Part shown: positions 46,076 through 46,848 of the stretch, in pieces | Position numbering within the stretch: the first letter of the stretch is position 1 | Layout of the letters: each line of letters opens with the position of its first letter | Assembly (NCBI GenBank): GCA_041547605.1 | Contig: JBFEUB010000001.1 | Span: forward strand, 1-46,848 | From: Desulfobacteria bacterium | Lineage (GTDB): Bacteria > Desulfobacterota > Desulfobacteria > Desulfobacterales > C00003060 | Length of the DNA: 46,848 nt | Direction of reading: 5' to 3' | Notes under the pieces: model-generated | Databases searched by the model: none | Told to the model about the DNA's origin: nothing | What the model saw: the letters and a program-made list of their open reading frames with translations, nothing else | Position numbers and translations under genes: made by a program

Positions 46076-46609
46076 ATGACAGCCCAGAATATGTTTATAA
46101 CCGGCCCACCTCGATGCGGCAAATCTACCTTGATCGAAAGACTCATTAGGCAAATCGAAAAGCCAATGACAGGGTTTTTTACCCGTGAGATAAGAGAACA
46201 GGGCCGGAGAACAGGATTCTTGATTAACACAATAGACGGCAATCAGGGCGTACTCGCCCATGAAAACATGAAAAGTAGGTTTAGACTGGGCAAATACGGG
46301 GTGAACCTTCCGGACATTGATGATATTGCGGTGCCGTCCATGTTACCCACCAGGCCGGGCCAGGTCGTGGTGGTTGATGAAGTCGGAAAGATGGAGTGCT
46401 TCTCTTCGCTATTTAGAAGGACCTTGATGAAGATTCTGGATTCAGACCATTACGTGATCGGTTCCATTGCACAAAAAGGAAATCTATTCATCCAGAAAGT
46501 CAAGGCTCGGGACGATGTTTTTTTGGTCAATCTGTTCAAAGAAAACAGAGATGCTCCAGAGCTCTTTTCTCGATTATTGTCTGCACTGCATGAGGTCGCA
46601 TCCCGTTGA
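46076..46609 (+). CDS. THEP1-type nucleoside-triphosphatase (NTPase_1 family)
   Basis: 177 aa with Walker A ITGPPRCGKSTL, GFFTREIRE..GRRTGF, and Walker B VVVVDEVGKME. Confidence 0.75.
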   Translation: MTAQNMFITGPPRCGKSTLIERLIRQIEKPMTGFFTREIREQGRRTGFLINTIDGNQGVLAHENMKSRFRLGKYGVNLPDIDDIAVPSMLPTRPGQVVVVDEVGKMECFSSLFRRTLMKILDSDHYVIGSIAQKGNLFIQKVKARDDVFLVNLFKENRDAPELFSRLLSALHEVASR

Positions 46610-46848
46610 GCAACTAAGAATAGACCCTCCACAAGGCTGTTGTTCCTCAAGCCATCCTCTGAACATATATTCTACTTTACTACCCGGGAACCTGCCAAGA
46701 AGAAGATAAGTATTTGGACAGCGCCGTCACCCAGCACGAAACAGGCAGTAGATTTCTAGACTGATTGTCAAAAATATGTTCCGTTTGCTCGCAAGTCGTT
46801 GATGATTGAAAATATTATTTGGCGAACGACATTGTGCAATTTTGGAGA

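Noticed and set aside
1-46848. Search for defence islands, prophage, integrases, transposases, toxin-antitoxin pairs, tRNA or rRNA genes.
   Set aside because: None of the ORFs shows the hallmark motifs. No tRNA-like T-arm or acceptor patterns were seen in the intergenic regions. Apart from the repeats, the window looks like housekeeping chromosome.

Overview
This 46.8 kb window reads as chromosomal core metabolism from an anaerobe, probably Desulfobacterota/Deltaproteobacteria-like. That placement is inferred from gene content: HdrA plus Mvh-type NiFe hydrogenase, 2-oxoacid:ferredoxin oxidoreductase, an NQR/RNF-type pump and a two-CW sensor kinase.

Gene order, left to right:
- Large NAD-glutamate dehydrogenase, truncated by the window edge.
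- PaaI thioesterase.
- A four-gene 2-oxoacid dehydrogenase complex (E1alpha, E1beta, E2, E3).
- A 3-hydroxyisobutyryl-CoA hydrolase-like enzyme and an acyl-CoA dehydrogenase.
- An nqrBCDEF-like cluster with no nqrA.
- nadK and fabH.
- An NSS transporter.
- pncB and a pncA-like gene (NAD salvage).
- hdrA-mvhD-mvhG-mvhA followed by a TusA-like gene.
- A two-CW/PAS hybrid histidine kinase.
- An MBL-fold hydrolase.
- A four-subunit 2-oxoacid:ferredoxin oxidoreductase operon with ACT and Mth938-like genes.
- A molybdenum cofactor block (mobA, mobB, moaE-like, moaC, fdhD, moeA).
- mpl.
- An orphan CheR-like methyltransferase and a THEP1-type NTPase.

I found no rRNA, tRNA, CRISPR array, transposase, integrase, or recognisable defence, toxin or secondary-metabolite system.

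The most unusual content is non-coding. Three families of intergenic repeats are present. The most notable is a roughly 320 bp nested-palindrome element with 3 full and 2 partial copies. Its roughly 220 bp core, bounded by 30-34 bp inverted repeats, is flipped relative to its arms in one copy. The core also carries a conserved sigma70-like promoter that points at the neighbouring gene start in every full copy.

An 850 bp gene-free region holds two promoter-plus-terminator units that look like small RNAs.

All calls come from reading the sequence and ORF track by eye. No database search was run, and coordinates of non-coding elements are hand-counted.
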